A program made the translations under genes and the position numbers. Shown here in pieces: positions 10,242 to 20,049 of a DNA stretch of 59,038 nt (positions within the stretch are counted from its first letter, which is position 1; each line of letters opens with the position of its first letter). This stretch comes from a virus (Duplodnaviria; Caudoviricetes). The notes below the pieces were generated by a model, which had not been told where the DNA came from, did no database searches, and was given only the letters and a program-made list of their open reading frames with translations. The stretch spans positions 1 to 59,038 of IMG/VR virus record IMGVR_UViG_3300025659_000001. One strand, 5' to 3'.

Positions 10242-10928
10242 TTACTTCTCTCCGAATAAACTTGAGAATATGGTTTTCATATGATTTAAGTGCAGGTCAA
10301 GATAGGCATCCTTCACATCTTCATCCTCTAGCATTTCCTTAGAGCGTCTTGCTACTAGCCCGTGTTTAGCTAGATCATTTGATGCTGTGGCACTATCTAT
10401 GATTCCAGCTTCCCTGTCGTATACAGTGCTAGCTATCCTCGCTTGTATCTCTTCTGGATTATAGTAATATGAATCCCATGCATCATTCTTAGAGCGCAAT
10501 GCATCTGTCACATATCCTCCGAAGATTCTACGCAAATCTCTGTTGTTTTCATTCACTAAGTGCGATACTTCATGGGTATATGTGCTAACATCTGGGTTAT
10601 TGAAAGTGCTTGTAGTGTTAAACTTGATATCTGAATCCTGCTGGGAGCCAGCAGAATTTCTTCTTTCCGGCCCAAAGTCCTCGGCAGTAAGGTTGTCAGG
10701 AATCATTTCGCTATCAAACGTATGTCTAATATCCAAATACCTATCCCACAGGCTGGCCCCATGACCAGCAGCTAAAAGAGAGTCATTAGCCTCTTCTATA
10801 CTTAATCTCATCCTGTCAAGGTGAGCTGGGCTTTCAATTGGGGAGAAGTCTATTGGCCCAACAAAAGCAGAGTCTTTTAATTGATGCAACATAGTCCTTA
10901 ACTCTTGGATATCTGGTTCTTCAGCCAT
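10242..10928 (-). CDS. Putative zincin-like metallopeptidase
   Basis: HEVSH (HExxH) followed by YYYNPEEIQAR. Confidence 0.6.
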   Translation of the reverse strand: MAEEPDIQELRTMLHQLKDSAFVGPIDFSPIESPAHLDRMRLSIEEANDSLLAAGHGASLWDRYLDIRHTFDSEMIPDNLTAEDFGPERRNSAGSQQDSDIKFNTTSTFNNPDVSTYTHEVSHLVNENNRDLRRIFGGYVTDALRSKNDAWDSYYYNPEEIQARIASTVYDREAGIIDSATASNDLAKHGLVARRSKEMLEDEDVKDAYLDLHLNHMKTIFSSLFGEK

Positions 10929-10929
10929 A

Positions 10930-11388
10930 TTAATCTCCTATCTTATATCCTATGATAGCACTAAGACCTAATGCTGTATACGCCATCCAAGGCTGTACAA
11001 CTAAGCCATCAGGAAGGATATAAACTGACTCTTTAATCTTAATAGTATCGGGAGCTTTGCCTTGGTAATCAAACTTGAACCCTCTAGGCTCAAAGATGCG
11101 TTCCGCAAAGAATTGTGCTGAGACAAAGGTTCCATCAGTTACTTCAACAGTATCGCTTTGTACGACTTGAGATGCTAATGAGTCACCAGAGCTATCTACA
11201 TATACAGTATCCCTCAACCATCTGACAGGGCCGGGTACTATTACCCTAACTATCTCACCTTCCATAGTGTCTGTGTGTGTTACAACTTCACTTGAATCTA
11301 AGATGGGTGCTTTATAAGGACTGAACACTGACGGTAACATCAATGCTAGTAAAGCTCCTGCTAACAACCACCCAGCAATTTCTTTCAT
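10930..11388 (-). CDS. Membrane protein, possible spanin
   Basis: Hydrophobic segments at both termini with a DT-rich periplasmic-like middle; in the lysis cluster. Confidence 0.45.
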   Translation of the reverse strand: MKEIAGWLLAGALLALMLPSVFSPYKAPILDSSEVVTHTDTMEGEIVRVIVPGPVRWLRDTVYVDSSGDSLASQVVQSDTVEVTDGTFVSAQFFAERIFEPRGFKFDYQGKAPDTIKIKESVYILPDGLVVQPWMAYTALGLSAIIGYKIGD

Positions 11389-11390
11389 AG

Positions 11391-11588
11391 CTACACTTTC
11401 GGTTTTGTTTGCTGATTATATAAACCAAGAAGCAATCCTGCGGTTCCCCATACGGCGAGAAATACGGTTGTGTCCATCGGTTCCTTTAAAAAGGGACTAA
11501 CAAACATTTGAACGGAACCAGTAACTGCTCCGTAGGCTACCAGCACTTTTGTAAATGTCAATGTAATTTCATTTTTCATACTCACCAC
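11391..11588 (-). CDS. Putative holin
   Basis: 65 aa, two TM segments and a basic C-terminus. Confidence 0.55.
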   Translation of the reverse strand: MVSMKNEITLTFTKVLVAYGAVTGSVQMFVSPFLKEPMDTTVFLAVWGTAGLLLGLYNQQTKPKV

Positions 11589-11595
11589 TCCTAAT

Positions 11596-11952
11596 TTAAC
11601 CTGATACTACCATATCTGCAAGTGCATTCGATAACCTGAACGCTGTGAGCAAAAACCCTATTAAAGCTACGGTTCCTGACGCTAATGATGCTAGCAATAC
11701 TGTTTTAATCTTCCTTGTCTTGTTCACACCCTCTAGGGTAGTCACCCTACCGTTTGTAGTCTTTTGATGTGTAATCATTTCTTTTTGGAGAAGAACAATT
11801 CCCTCAAACTGTCCCTTTTGGTATTCCCATACGTCTACTTGTTTTTGGTGATGTTTCGCACCCTCTACTATATGTGCGAGGAGTTCTTTCTCAAGTTTAT
11901 CCTGCTTGTCATAGAATCTCTGCACTTCCCTTTCCGTTAATGGTGATGCCAT
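11596..11952 (-). CDS. Coiled-coil protein with C-terminal TM (holin/XhlA-like)
   Basis: NGRVTTLE coiled coil followed by a hydrophobic helix. Confidence 0.5.
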   Translation of the reverse strand: MASPLTEREVQRFYDKQDKLEKELLAHIVEGAKHHQKQVDVWEYQKGQFEGIVLLQKEMITHQKTTNGRVTTLEGVNKTRKIKTVLLASLASGTVALIGFLLTAFRLSNALADMVVSG

Positions 11953-11953
11953 T

Positions 11954-12235
11954 CTAACCTCCTTTTGTCAACTCTGCTTCCGCTTCTGCTTCGCGTACTG
12001 CTCTGTTTTTGTAGTCTTTTCTCAATAAGACTAACGCAATTAAATCAGCTTCATTTGCTGGTATGGTGTCAATAGTGGTATCTGCGAATAACTTAGGTTG
12101 CCATTCTTTCAAAAAACGTTTTGTACATTGATTGATCTTGCCAACGACTGCTTCATTAAGCCATTGCTCAATATCTAAAATATCATTTTGTAATATCTTA
12201 GCCTCTGTATCTGAAAGTGTAATTACTATATCCAT
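11954..12235 (-). CDS. Hypothetical protein, possible tail fibre chaperone
   Basis: 93 aa, immediately downstream of the tail fibre. Confidence 0.5.
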   Translation of the reverse strand: MDIVITLSDTEAKILQNDILDIEQWLNEAVVGKINQCTKRFLKEWQPKLFADTTIDTIPANEADLIALVLLRKDYKNRAVREAEAEAELTKGG

Positions 12236-12244
12236 ATATGCTCC

Positions 12245-15200
12245 TTAATCCTCGATTGCGAGAAACCCGCTAAATCTTGTCCATAGGTTAGTTTGTCCAT
12301 CAACATCACTCTGATTAGCACCGCTGACTTGGTAAACAGCAACATAAGCTGTGTCTGAGGCATCCATATCTACCAATTCAGCAATCTGAAAACTATTATA
12401 GCTTAAATCTGCTGTAAAGTTTGGGTCATATAGCCAGTAGTATGTACGATTGGAAGTAACGAATCTAATCTGGTAATTACTTGCTCCAGTATCAATATTG
12501 TCTAGCCTTAATGTGCAATTCAGTTGATATTTACCTGCTGATGGAGCTGTAAAGGTGTCTGCTGAAAAGTTACTGTTCGTATCAAAAATCTCTAGATTAA
12601 AATCAACCTTAGTTTGTATGCCGACACCAAATGTATCAGCAACCTCATTAGTAACTAAGAATGCTGGGCGGTCTTTCAGTCCATACACTGAATGGGGGTC
12701 TGATGCAGACACATGGTCATAAGCCCAGTTACTTGAGACTGGTACTGTGGTTGCACCATTCACGGGTGTATCATCTACATCTTCAGTTCCAAGGATAGAC
12801 CCTGTAACTCCGTGAGTTGATGTGTCTGAATAGTGACTTGAAACTGCTATGTTTAGCGCAGAGACATCTACACCATCAACAGTAGCTCCGCCTGCCACAA
12901 CAATGTTACCAGTCGCAAGTGTAAGGTCACTGGCTGATATCGAGAGGCCTGAACCTACTATAAGGTTTTTAGCTGTTGTTACCTGTTGACTAAATGTCGT
13001 CTGTTGTGAAGTATTGACTGATATTGCAGAACCACCACCAGTATAGACTCCCCATGTATTTGTTCCAAATGTCATGTAGGTATCTGTGTCACCATAATGA
13101 CCAATCTTATCAGCCACTTCCACTAATGCATTACTGAAGTTCCATGAGGCAGAAATGGTTTCTGCTTCATCAGACTTAACAATAGCTGAGTCTGCGGGTT
13201 CATATGTACCACTATGGTTATGGCTTGTGCCTGATACACTAGCTTCTGCTAATGTAGCATTTTGCCATGTCCCACCATTATAATACATAATCTCGCCTGC
13301 ACCAACTGCCGATATTGAAACGTCACCGTGGTCAGTTAAGTTATGTGAACCAACAGCATGTGTATGTGTCGTAATCGCTCCAGTAAGGACTGCTTCAACA
13401 CCAGCCTTGGTAAGCGTGTATTCATTAGCGTTATCTTCGATGCCATCAAGTTTTGTACCATCAGCAGCTATGTCCCTACCATCTACATTACCAACAGTAG
13501 TAACAGTGCCAAGTGTTGTGATGTTTGCAGACCCTGCCCAAGTGCTTAATGCTGTGTTCTCGACAGAGCCTAATCCTACATCGCCTGCGGTTGTTGCCCC
13601 GGCTCGTAGTGACATATAAGTTCCAGATTGTGAGAATGCAGCGACATCGCTAATGTTAGCAGATGTAATAGCTACTGTACCGCCAAGTGTTAGAGTCCCA
13701 GAAGTTGTGACTGTACCTGTAAGGGTTATACCGCTTACTGTGCCAGTTGTACCAACCGAAGTTACTGTGCCTGTATTGCTTGTATAGCCAGCCGAAGCAT
13801 GGTTGCCCCAACCGTATGCGGTGTCCCAGTTAGTATTATTGTATCCAGAGGTGAGTCCTGTTCCTCCTCGTGCAACAGCAAGAGTCCCAGATGTGATGTC
13901 AGCAGCAGACCAGTTAGTATTAACTGTTGCTATTGCTACACCAGATGACGTAGGCCCTACTTTAAAATCTACAATGCCATCATTATATCCGTAATCAAAC
14001 ACTACTGTCTTGGTTGATGATGCATTTCTGTAAAAGGTAATGTGGTCAGTAGATTCTCCAGTCGCAAAGGATGGAGTCCCATCGCCATTATAGTACATAC
14101 CACCACCATGAGTAGTGGATTGTCCAACATACATATACCCAGTACCTTGTGAAAGACCATAGGCTTCAAAACCAGTATTGTAACCATTCCCGGCGAGAGC
14201 TTTAACTGTCGTGTTTGCTGTGCGTGATGTGCTCCCAAAAGTACCGTTACCTGTGATAGTTAACGCTGCGAAAGTGGGGCTATCAGACGTTCCAATTCCA
14301 AGGTCAGCAGTATTCCCACCAGAGATTGTCAGTATCCCAGTTGAAGATGCGTAAGATAGGGTTTGGCTATCAGTTTCAGATGTGAGGTATCCAGCTGATG
14401 CATGGTTACCCCAGCCGTATGCCGTATCCCAGTTACTACTTGAAGTGTGAGTCCACGCATGAGTATGGCTAGACCCTGTGACAGCATTTGAAGTAGCCTG
14501 AGTTGTTGTAGATGGAGTCCCGAGAGTGAACGTAATCTCGTTTGTCCACGATACAGATGAGTATGCAGATGTTAATCCATTGCCATCTTTTATCTGGAAG
14601 TTTTCTCCAGATGAAATTGCATGAACTCCATCGTCAGAATCAATCATATTCCAGGATACATAATTGTCATGAGTCGGTTCGCCAGTGATTAGGCTCCATG
14701 GAATTGCTCCAGATGAAAGTGTACCAACAGTGGTGATACTGGAGGTGCCAGCCCAAGTTGAGAGTGCAGTATTCTCTACAGAACCGAGCCCGACATCACC
14801 CTTCGTTGTTGCTCCAGCTCTCAGGGACATATAAGTTCCTGATTGGCTGAAAGGTGCTACATCAGTTATATTGGATGCAGAAATAGATATTGTTCCACCA
14901 AGAGTGACTGTACCTGATGTAGTGATTGGGCCACCAGTCAATGTTAAACCACTAACAGAACCAGATGTCGCTACTGAAGTTACTGTTCCAGTATTTGCTG
15001 TGGCTCCAGATGCAACGTTAATAAATGTGCGAATAGCCCCTGCTGAACCGTGACGGATAAACCCATCATTGCCAGTTTCTACGCATACCTGCGTAACACC
15101 ACTAGTTACGGTATTTGGAGTCGTGTTAAAATAGTTAGCGTAAATATATCCACTTGAATGTCTCTGAACAACAGTGCTATTGCCTGCTGATGCACTTACA

Positions 15201-16081
15201 GTGTATGGAAATGTATAATTATTTGCACTTGTAGCTATGGTATCTAGCTTAGTGCCATCAACCGATACATCACGACCATCTACTGTCCCTGAGACTGTAA
15301 TATTATTAAAAGTCCAAGTGCTGCTTATTGTGGCTGCTTCCGCTTTACGTGGGAATGCTGTGCTATCGTAGCCGTCTAATTGGTCTGAGTCATTTGCTTG
15401 TGCGGTGAGTCCTAAATAGTCTGAGTCGTGGTTATGTGCTAGGACTGAATAAAGCCCTGCGTGGTCACCCCATCCATAGGCTGTATTGGCATTGGCAGAA
15501 GTACCACCACTCCATGCCATACCGCCAAGAACTGTTAGTGCGCCTGCACTTGTCAAGGTCATTTCTGCTGTTGTAGAGTTTACATAAAAACGAAGTGCGT
15601 CAGATGATGCCGTATTAAACTCAAGCCTTGCCATCTGAGTAGTATCAGCTTCATTATCACAAAGGCGTAATACTGCGATATCCTCATCCAAAGCCCTAAT
15701 ATCAATCATAGGATTGGCTTTGAGCATTGTCAGGTTGCCAGTCATAGTATCACCAGCTACGGCAACAGTTCTAGCATCTATTGGATGCCCTGTTGAACTC
15801 GCTGCGTGGTCATAAGCCCAGTTGGAACTGATAGATTCGGTTGTTACACCATTAACAGGAGTATCATCTACATTTCTCCACGTATTAAGGTCGGGTGGTG
15901 TAGCCCATGTACCATTGTATTGTAAGAATTGTCCCACTGACCCCGCTGCTGGCACATGTTTACTATTGCCTGTACCTGCATTATGGTCATAAGCCCAATT
16001 AGAACTTACTGGAACCGTAGAAGCCCCATTTACGGGGCTATCATCTACGTCAGTTGTCGTTAATATCTTAGTCCATGCCAC
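12245..16081 (-). CDS. Long tail fibre with internal repeats and C-terminal C1q-like domain
   Basis: T/S/G-rich with repeated modules and HxH motifs; C-terminus PAF...FTAPSAGKYQLN...FSGFLA matches the C1q fold. GTG start with GGAGG RBS. Confidence 0.85.
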   Translation of the reverse strand: MAWTKILTTTDVDDSPVNGASTVPVSSNWAYDHNAGTGNSKHVPAAGSVGQFLQYNGTWATPPDLNTWRNVDDTPVNGVTTESISSNWAYDHAASSTGHPIDARTVAVAGDTMTGNLTMLKANPMIDIRALDEDIAVLRLCDNEADTTQMARLEFNTASSDALRFYVNSTTAEMTLTSAGALTVLGGMAWSGGTSANANTAYGWGDHAGLYSVLAHNHDSDYLGLTAQANDSDQLDGYDSTAFPRKAEAATISSTWTFNNITVSGTVDGRDVSVDGTKLDTIATSANNYTFPYTVSASAGNSTVVQRHSSGYIYANYFNTTPNTVTSGVTQVCVETGNDGFIRHGSAGAIRTFINVASGATANTGTVTSVATSGSVSGLTLTGGPITTSGTVTLGGTISISASNITDVAPFSQSGTYMSLRAGATTKGDVGLGSVENTALSTWAGTSSITTVGTLSSGAIPWSLITGEPTHDNYVSWNMIDSDDGVHAISSGENFQIKDGNGLTSAYSSVSWTNEITFTLGTPSTTTQATSNAVTGSSHTHAWTHTSSSNWDTAYGWGNHASAGYLTSETDSQTLSYASSTGILTISGGNTADLGIGTSDSPTFAALTITGNGTFGSTSRTANTTVKALAGNGYNTGFEAYGLSQGTGYMYVGQSTTHGGGMYYNGDGTPSFATGESTDHITFYRNASSTKTVVFDYGYNDGIVDFKVGPTSSGVAIATVNTNWSAADITSGTLAVARGGTGLTSGYNNTNWDTAYGWGNHASAGYTSNTGTVTSVGTTGTVSGITLTGTVTTSGTLTLGGTVAITSANISDVAAFSQSGTYMSLRAGATTAGDVGLGSVENTALSTWAGSANITTLGTVTTVGNVDGRDIAADGTKLDGIEDNANEYTLTKAGVEAVLTGAITTHTHAVGSHNLTDHGDVSISAVGAGEIMYYNGGTWQNATLAEASVSGTSHNHSGTYEPADSAIVKSDEAETISASWNFSNALVEVADKIGHYGDTDTYMTFGTNTWGVYTGGGSAISVNTSQQTTFSQQVTTAKNLIVGSGLSISASDLTLATGNIVVAGGATVDGVDVSALNIAVSSHYSDTSTHGVTGSILGTEDVDDTPVNGATTVPVSSNWAYDHVSASDPHSVYGLKDRPAFLVTNEVADTFGVGIQTKVDFNLEIFDTNSNFSADTFTAPSAGKYQLNCTLRLDNIDTGASNYQIRFVTSNRTYYWLYDPNFTADLSYNSFQIAELVDMDASDTAYVAVYQVSGANQSDVDGQTNLWTRFSGFLAIED

Positions 16082-16114
16082 CGTCGTTACCTCCTAAAGT
16101 GAAGAAGTGGGTTC

Positions 16115-16336
16115 CTATGCTTGAGGAGCTTGTACTAGTGACTCATAATACGCCTTAACTGCCTCAAGTTTCTTTTGCAACGCTGTAACGGCGGGTGCAA
16201 TATTGATAGGAACGTTGATTTTATCAGAAGTTACCAATGACCACAATATTGTATAATCTCCCTCAGTAAACTCTATCTCTGGGAACTCTGGGACTGTTAC
16301 TTCTTGTTCTACTTCTTTTACTTTTGCTTTAGCCAT
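16115..16336 (-). CDS. Small hypothetical protein (tail module)
   Basis: 73-aa helical ORF with AAGGA RBS. Confidence 0.6.
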   Translation of the reverse strand: MAKAKVKEVEQEVTVPEFPEIEFTEGDYTILWSLVTSDKINVPINIAPAVTALQKKLEAVKAYYESLVQAPQA

Positions 16337-16348
16337 GTTTTATATCCT

Positions 16349-16573
16349 TTAAAGTGCGTAAACCCTATTCATTAGTTCATCATGAATAAGTTTTACTTTG
16401 GTTAGTGTATTGGAGCCTTGCTCTAGTTCCTGTCCAGCAAAGGTTTGAATCTTGCCAAACATCTTGAGTAGGAACTCCGTGTCTTTGATTGTGAAGTTAA
16501 TACCAGTCGTTGTAGGCTTTGGAGCTGCCTTATCCGACTGTACTATCCTTCCGTTTGTTGGTTGCTCTACCAT
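16349..16573 (-). CDS. Small hypothetical protein (tail module)
   Basis: 74-aa ORF with AGGAG RBS. Confidence 0.6.
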   Translation of the reverse strand: MVEQPTNGRIVQSDKAAPKPTTTGINFTIKDTEFLLKMFGKIQTFAGQELEQGSNTLTKVKLIHDELMNRVYAL

Positions 16574-16585
16574 GATTTACTCCTT

Positions 16586-17461
16586 TTAAGTGTAAATATA
16601 CCACGATGAATCGGATGTGTTATAATGCATCATACCCAAAGCTGCGGTATGTGATGCTGCTCCGGCTGAAGTTGTTGCGCCCATCAGTTTGAGGGCGGGG
16701 TTACCTGTTACGGCATCTTCACCATGTTTAAAATTCCAACCAGTACCATCAACAAAATATAATGATGTGCGGTCAGCATCGGTTGCATCATTGTCAATGA
16801 TCACTCCAGCACCATCTGTAGCTGATGTGTTATGGGCTCCATTACCCAGTGTGATCTTTATATCTTCAACGAGCAGTTCTGTAATACTTGCTTGCTGTAA
16901 CTCGCCTGTTATCAACAGGTTACCAGCTACAGTTAAATCATTTGTTGCGAAGTTCTGTCCACTAGCACCACCAATAAGAGCATAAGTTCCTGTATGGTTG
17001 TGACTTGCTGTTGCAACACCAGCCTCTGCTGGAGTCGCGGGTTGCCATGTACCACCATTATAGTACACGATGTCCCCACTAACCTTACCCGTAGCCATGT
17101 CACTATGACTGTCAAGAGTGTGTGCAACTGGCGCATATACCCCTGAGTGAGTGTGGTCACCTTCAGATACAGTCCCAGCACCAGTACCAAGAGCAAGGTT
17201 AAAACCACTTGCAGCCTGAAGACCAACCATCTCAGTTCCAGCACCATTAATAATCAATATGTCGTCAGCCTCTAATCCACCAGTTCCAATAGTCGGAATA
17301 AGACCGACTGTTAGTCCAGTATTTACCAGAGCTGCTGTTCCTGTTCCGTGTCCAGTGATACTTGTGATTTCCCCACTAAGTTTTGATGTGGCGATAGCTG
17401 CACTTGCGTTAATATCCGCATTAACAACCGCCCCACTAAGTAATATTTTTGTCCATGCCAT
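16586..17461 (-). CDS. Short tail fibre protein
   Basis: Shares the MAWTKIL N-terminus and the YYNGGTWQ..T.AEA....SHNH.GTY module with the long fibre. Confidence 0.75.
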   Translation of the reverse strand: MAWTKILLSGAVVNADINASAAIATSKLSGEITSITGHGTGTAALVNTGLTVGLIPTIGTGGLEADDILIINGAGTEMVGLQAASGFNLALGTGAGTVSEGDHTHSGVYAPVAHTLDSHSDMATGKVSGDIVYYNGGTWQPATPAEAGVATASHNHTGTYALIGGASGQNFATNDLTVAGNLLITGELQQASITELLVEDIKITLGNGAHNTSATDGAGVIIDNDATDADRTSLYFVDGTGWNFKHGEDAVTGNPALKLMGATTSAGAASHTAALGMMHYNTSDSSWYIYT

Positions 17462-17472
17462 TTTAAGCCTCC

Positions 17473-17802
17473 TTAACTCTGCCCTAAATATAAGTTATTA
17501 TCATAGAAAAGCAAGCCTCCAGTTAAAGAATTTGGCAAAGCTGATTGTTCCTTAAACTGTAAGATGCCATCAAACGTGAGTCCCAACAGGAAATCACTAT
17601 CATTGTACCATTGAAACACATTCCCACTTATTAGAGCAGGTATAGATGTAAATTTAAAATATGTAGCGTTTATATTGTCCCACTCTACCTCACCATTACC
17701 CGCACCGAGCCTACTAGCACTAATTGTCGTAGAGCTAGCACTAACCGATTGGATAGTATGAGATGGAGTTGATTCTTCCCGAATTATTTGTGATTCAGCC
17801 AT
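17473..17802 (-). CDS. Tail fibre adaptor-like hypothetical protein
   Basis: C-terminal GGLLFYDNNLYLG resembles fibre docking modules. Confidence 0.45.
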   Translation of the reverse strand: MAESQIIREESTPSHTIQSVSASSTTISASRLGAGNGEVEWDNINATYFKFTSIPALISGNVFQWYNDSDFLLGLTFDGILQFKEQSALPNSLTGGLLFYDNNLYLGQS

Positions 17803-18143
17803 TATGACCCGTTGGAAATCCCAACCCCAACCTCAACTCGCCCGACCATCAACTGAGTGTAAGTTGTGCCATTTATCTGTAAAAGGTCATAGTAGTACCT
17901 CACCCCAGCATCCATTAAGGCTGATAGAGTAGTTTTATTGAGAGATAGTATTAGTATCCCATTTGCTGCTTGAGCTGTATTAACCACAAAACTACCTATG
18001 GCTGGGTCAGCTAAAACATCCTTAAAGTCACAGTCAAAAGTATAACTTGACAAATCTTTAGGGTCACCGTTGCTATCATTGAATGTAAAACTCTCTGAAT
18101 AGTCATACCCTTCTGTTACTCGTATATCATATACTGCTGCCAT
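17802..18143 (-). CDS. BppU-N-like fibre-anchoring beta-sandwich protein
   Basis: G.DYSESFTFND.NGDPKDLSSY...GILILSL...YYYDL...G.VEV pattern. Confidence 0.6.
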   Translation of the reverse strand: MAAVYDIRVTEGYDYSESFTFNDSNGDPKDLSSYTFDCDFKDVLADPAIGSFVVNTAQAANGILILSLNKTTLSALMDAGVRYYYDLLQINGTTYTQLMVGRVEVGVGISNGS

Positions 18144-18619
18144 TATGTCACCCTCATATATTCTACTGCTATTGTGCTTGTGCTTGCTTTAATAAAAATA
18201 GCCCCAGTCTCAACATATCCTAAAAAGGGCATAATATCTCCGGGTTGTAACCTTGCTATTGTCACGTAATCTGCTTCTCCCTGACTATACACCTGTATAT
18301 CAAGTGTAGCAGAAGTAGCCACACCCAAAACGGATGAACTGACGTATTTATACCCAGTATGTCGTATATAAACAAAATCGTATGAACCTCCCCCACCACC
18401 TTCTTGAGCTACTCTCGATGTTGTAGCACTTTGGTACGCAGGAACTCCTGAAGCCCAGCCTTGAGCACTGTCCAACGACCCAAGGGCAATTTCACTTTGG
18501 GATGCGATTGGTTTATTGGTGACTGGCGAGAGTATATCTCTGGTCTTTGTCGCATCTTCCGAGCTTGCAAGCGTTTCGACAGGCGTAATAGAGATTGCCG
18601 TTCTGATTCTATCACTCAT
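18143..18619 (-). CDS. Hypothetical virion protein
   Basis: 158-aa beta-rich ORF in the tail cluster. Confidence 0.55.
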   Translation of the reverse strand: MSDRIRTAISITPVETLASSEDATKTRDILSPVTNKPIASQSEIALGSLDSAQGWASGVPAYQSATTSRVAQEGGGGGSYDFVYIRHTGYKYVSSSVLGVATSATLDIQVYSQGEADYVTIARLQPGDIMPFLGYVETGAIFIKASTSTIAVEYMRVT

Positions 18620-18627
18620 ATAATCTC

Positions 18628-19632
18628 CTATTGTTTCCTAGAGGCTACTGCAACTGAGCCAGATAGTATCTGAAATTCCTGCTGGAATTGCTGGTTAAGA
18701 GCTTGATACTCTGTCATGCCTAGTTGTATTTTCTGCATAGTAGTTTGTACTGATGCCTGATACTCTTGAACCTCTATCTGAACATCTTGAGCCCAAACCT
18801 GCACAGCAGCCTGATAGCGTCCCATTTCTAATTGATGTTCCTGTGATTCAGCTTGGATAGCAGCCGATGCCTCTTGAAACTCAGCAGTAGCTTTACCCAT
18901 TTGTGCTTGAAACTCTCCAATTTTACGGTCTATGACCTGCATCTTAGCAGCACCAAGCTCTACATCTTCCTCTGTATCTATATAAGTAGCAATAGCGGTG
19001 TGTTCTGCGCTTACATCTAGTGTAGGAGCCACGAATATCGGAGCACCACTATTAAAGGTAGTTGGCAAGGACTCACCAAGAGTAACACTAACGGTTAAGT
19101 CAGCTAATGTATCCCTTAATGCACTTACTTGTCTCAGCTTTGCTCTGACAGCCCCTCCGAGTACAACTAACTGTTCGTATTCCAAAGGAAAATTACGGAT
19201 AGATGCATCATCAAACGCCACTGTTGGGATAGGTATGTAGTACAACGCAGCAGGTTCTTCGGCTGTGGGAGCAGGAAATATCCTTACCAACCCACCTGAA
19301 ATATAATACCAAGGCTTAAAATCTGTCGCAAAGTAGATAGACCCGTCGTCTTGTATATCTTGTATACGTCTAGACTGCGCTAAAAGGCATTCATAGCCAG
19401 TTCGTGTAACAGCAATAATCTTCTTGTCATCAGCAGGTACACCATCGTCATCTACTGTTGCAATAGGTAATGGAGCTACACTTCTTAATCTTTCTTCTGG
19501 TAGAGCCTCAAATACAACTCTAGCAACCGAAGTCATCCAGTCACTAATAGCAATCTGCCAATCAAGCAATTCCATGCCTACTGGTCGAGCCCCTACGTAA
19601 TCTTCAATTCTTGTTTGAAATCTAGTAGCCAT
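18628..19632 (-). CDS. Tail ring/head-tail adaptor protein with coiled-coil extension
   Basis: PWYYI.GGLVRIFPAP...YY..IP...FP.EYEQLVV ring-protein pattern; Gln-rich C-terminal coiled coil. Confidence 0.65.
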   Translation of the reverse strand: MATRFQTRIEDYVGARPVGMELLDWQIAISDWMTSVARVVFEALPEERLRSVAPLPIATVDDDGVPADDKKIIAVTRTGYECLLAQSRRIQDIQDDGSIYFATDFKPWYYISGGLVRIFPAPTAEEPAALYYIPIPTVAFDDASIRNFPLEYEQLVVLGGAVRAKLRQVSALRDTLADLTVSVTLGESLPTTFNSGAPIFVAPTLDVSAEHTAIATYIDTEEDVELGAAKMQVIDRKIGEFQAQMGKATAEFQEASAAIQAESQEHQLEMGRYQAAVQVWAQDVQIEVQEYQASVQTTMQKIQLGMTEYQALNQQFQQEFQILSGSVAVASRKQ

Positions 19633-19635
19633 ATA

Positions 19636-20049
19636 TTACCTCGCTGGCCCAAAAGGGTATGGAGCACGTATAAAACGTATGCGTTCTGTCTTATCTTTGT
19701 TTTTAAGCTCCTGTGCGCGTCGTAGAGCCTCGTTGAACATAGTTAGGTGTATCTGGGCCTGCCTAGCGTTATGTTGAGCTTCTGAGGGGCTTGTAGCCTT
19801 CTTTATCAGATACCCACGATAGATAGCATAGAAAGACAATGCTTCCTGTACTTCTGCTGGTAGGTCAGGTTCAACAGTCAGAGCGTCAATAGCTAGTTCT
19901 GCTGGTTTGTATTCATAGGAAACTGTAATAGTTACAACTTCTTCAACACCTTCGATGATAGGCTCATACTCAGCGTCAAGGTCAAATTGCACAATCCCTA
20001 ACTCTGAATCGTCTTTAATATACCAATACTTGCCATCTGAAGTAGACAT
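19636..20049 (-). CDS. Head-tail adaptor, C-terminal-like half
   Basis: YWYI...V.YEYKPAEL...EPDLPAEVQEAL.FYA.Y pattern. Confidence 0.6.
   Translation of the reverse strand: MSTSDGKYWYIKDDSELGIVQFDLDAEYEPIIEGVEEVVTITVSYEYKPAELAIDALTVEPDLPAEVQEALSFYAIYRGYLIKKATSPSEAQHNARQAQIHLTMFNEALRRAQELKNKDKTERIRFIRAPYPFGPAR

Noticed and set aside
12245-16081. Diversity-generating retroelement acting on the tail fibre
   Set aside because: No reverse transcriptase gene. The repeats are in-frame protein modules without adenine-specific differences.
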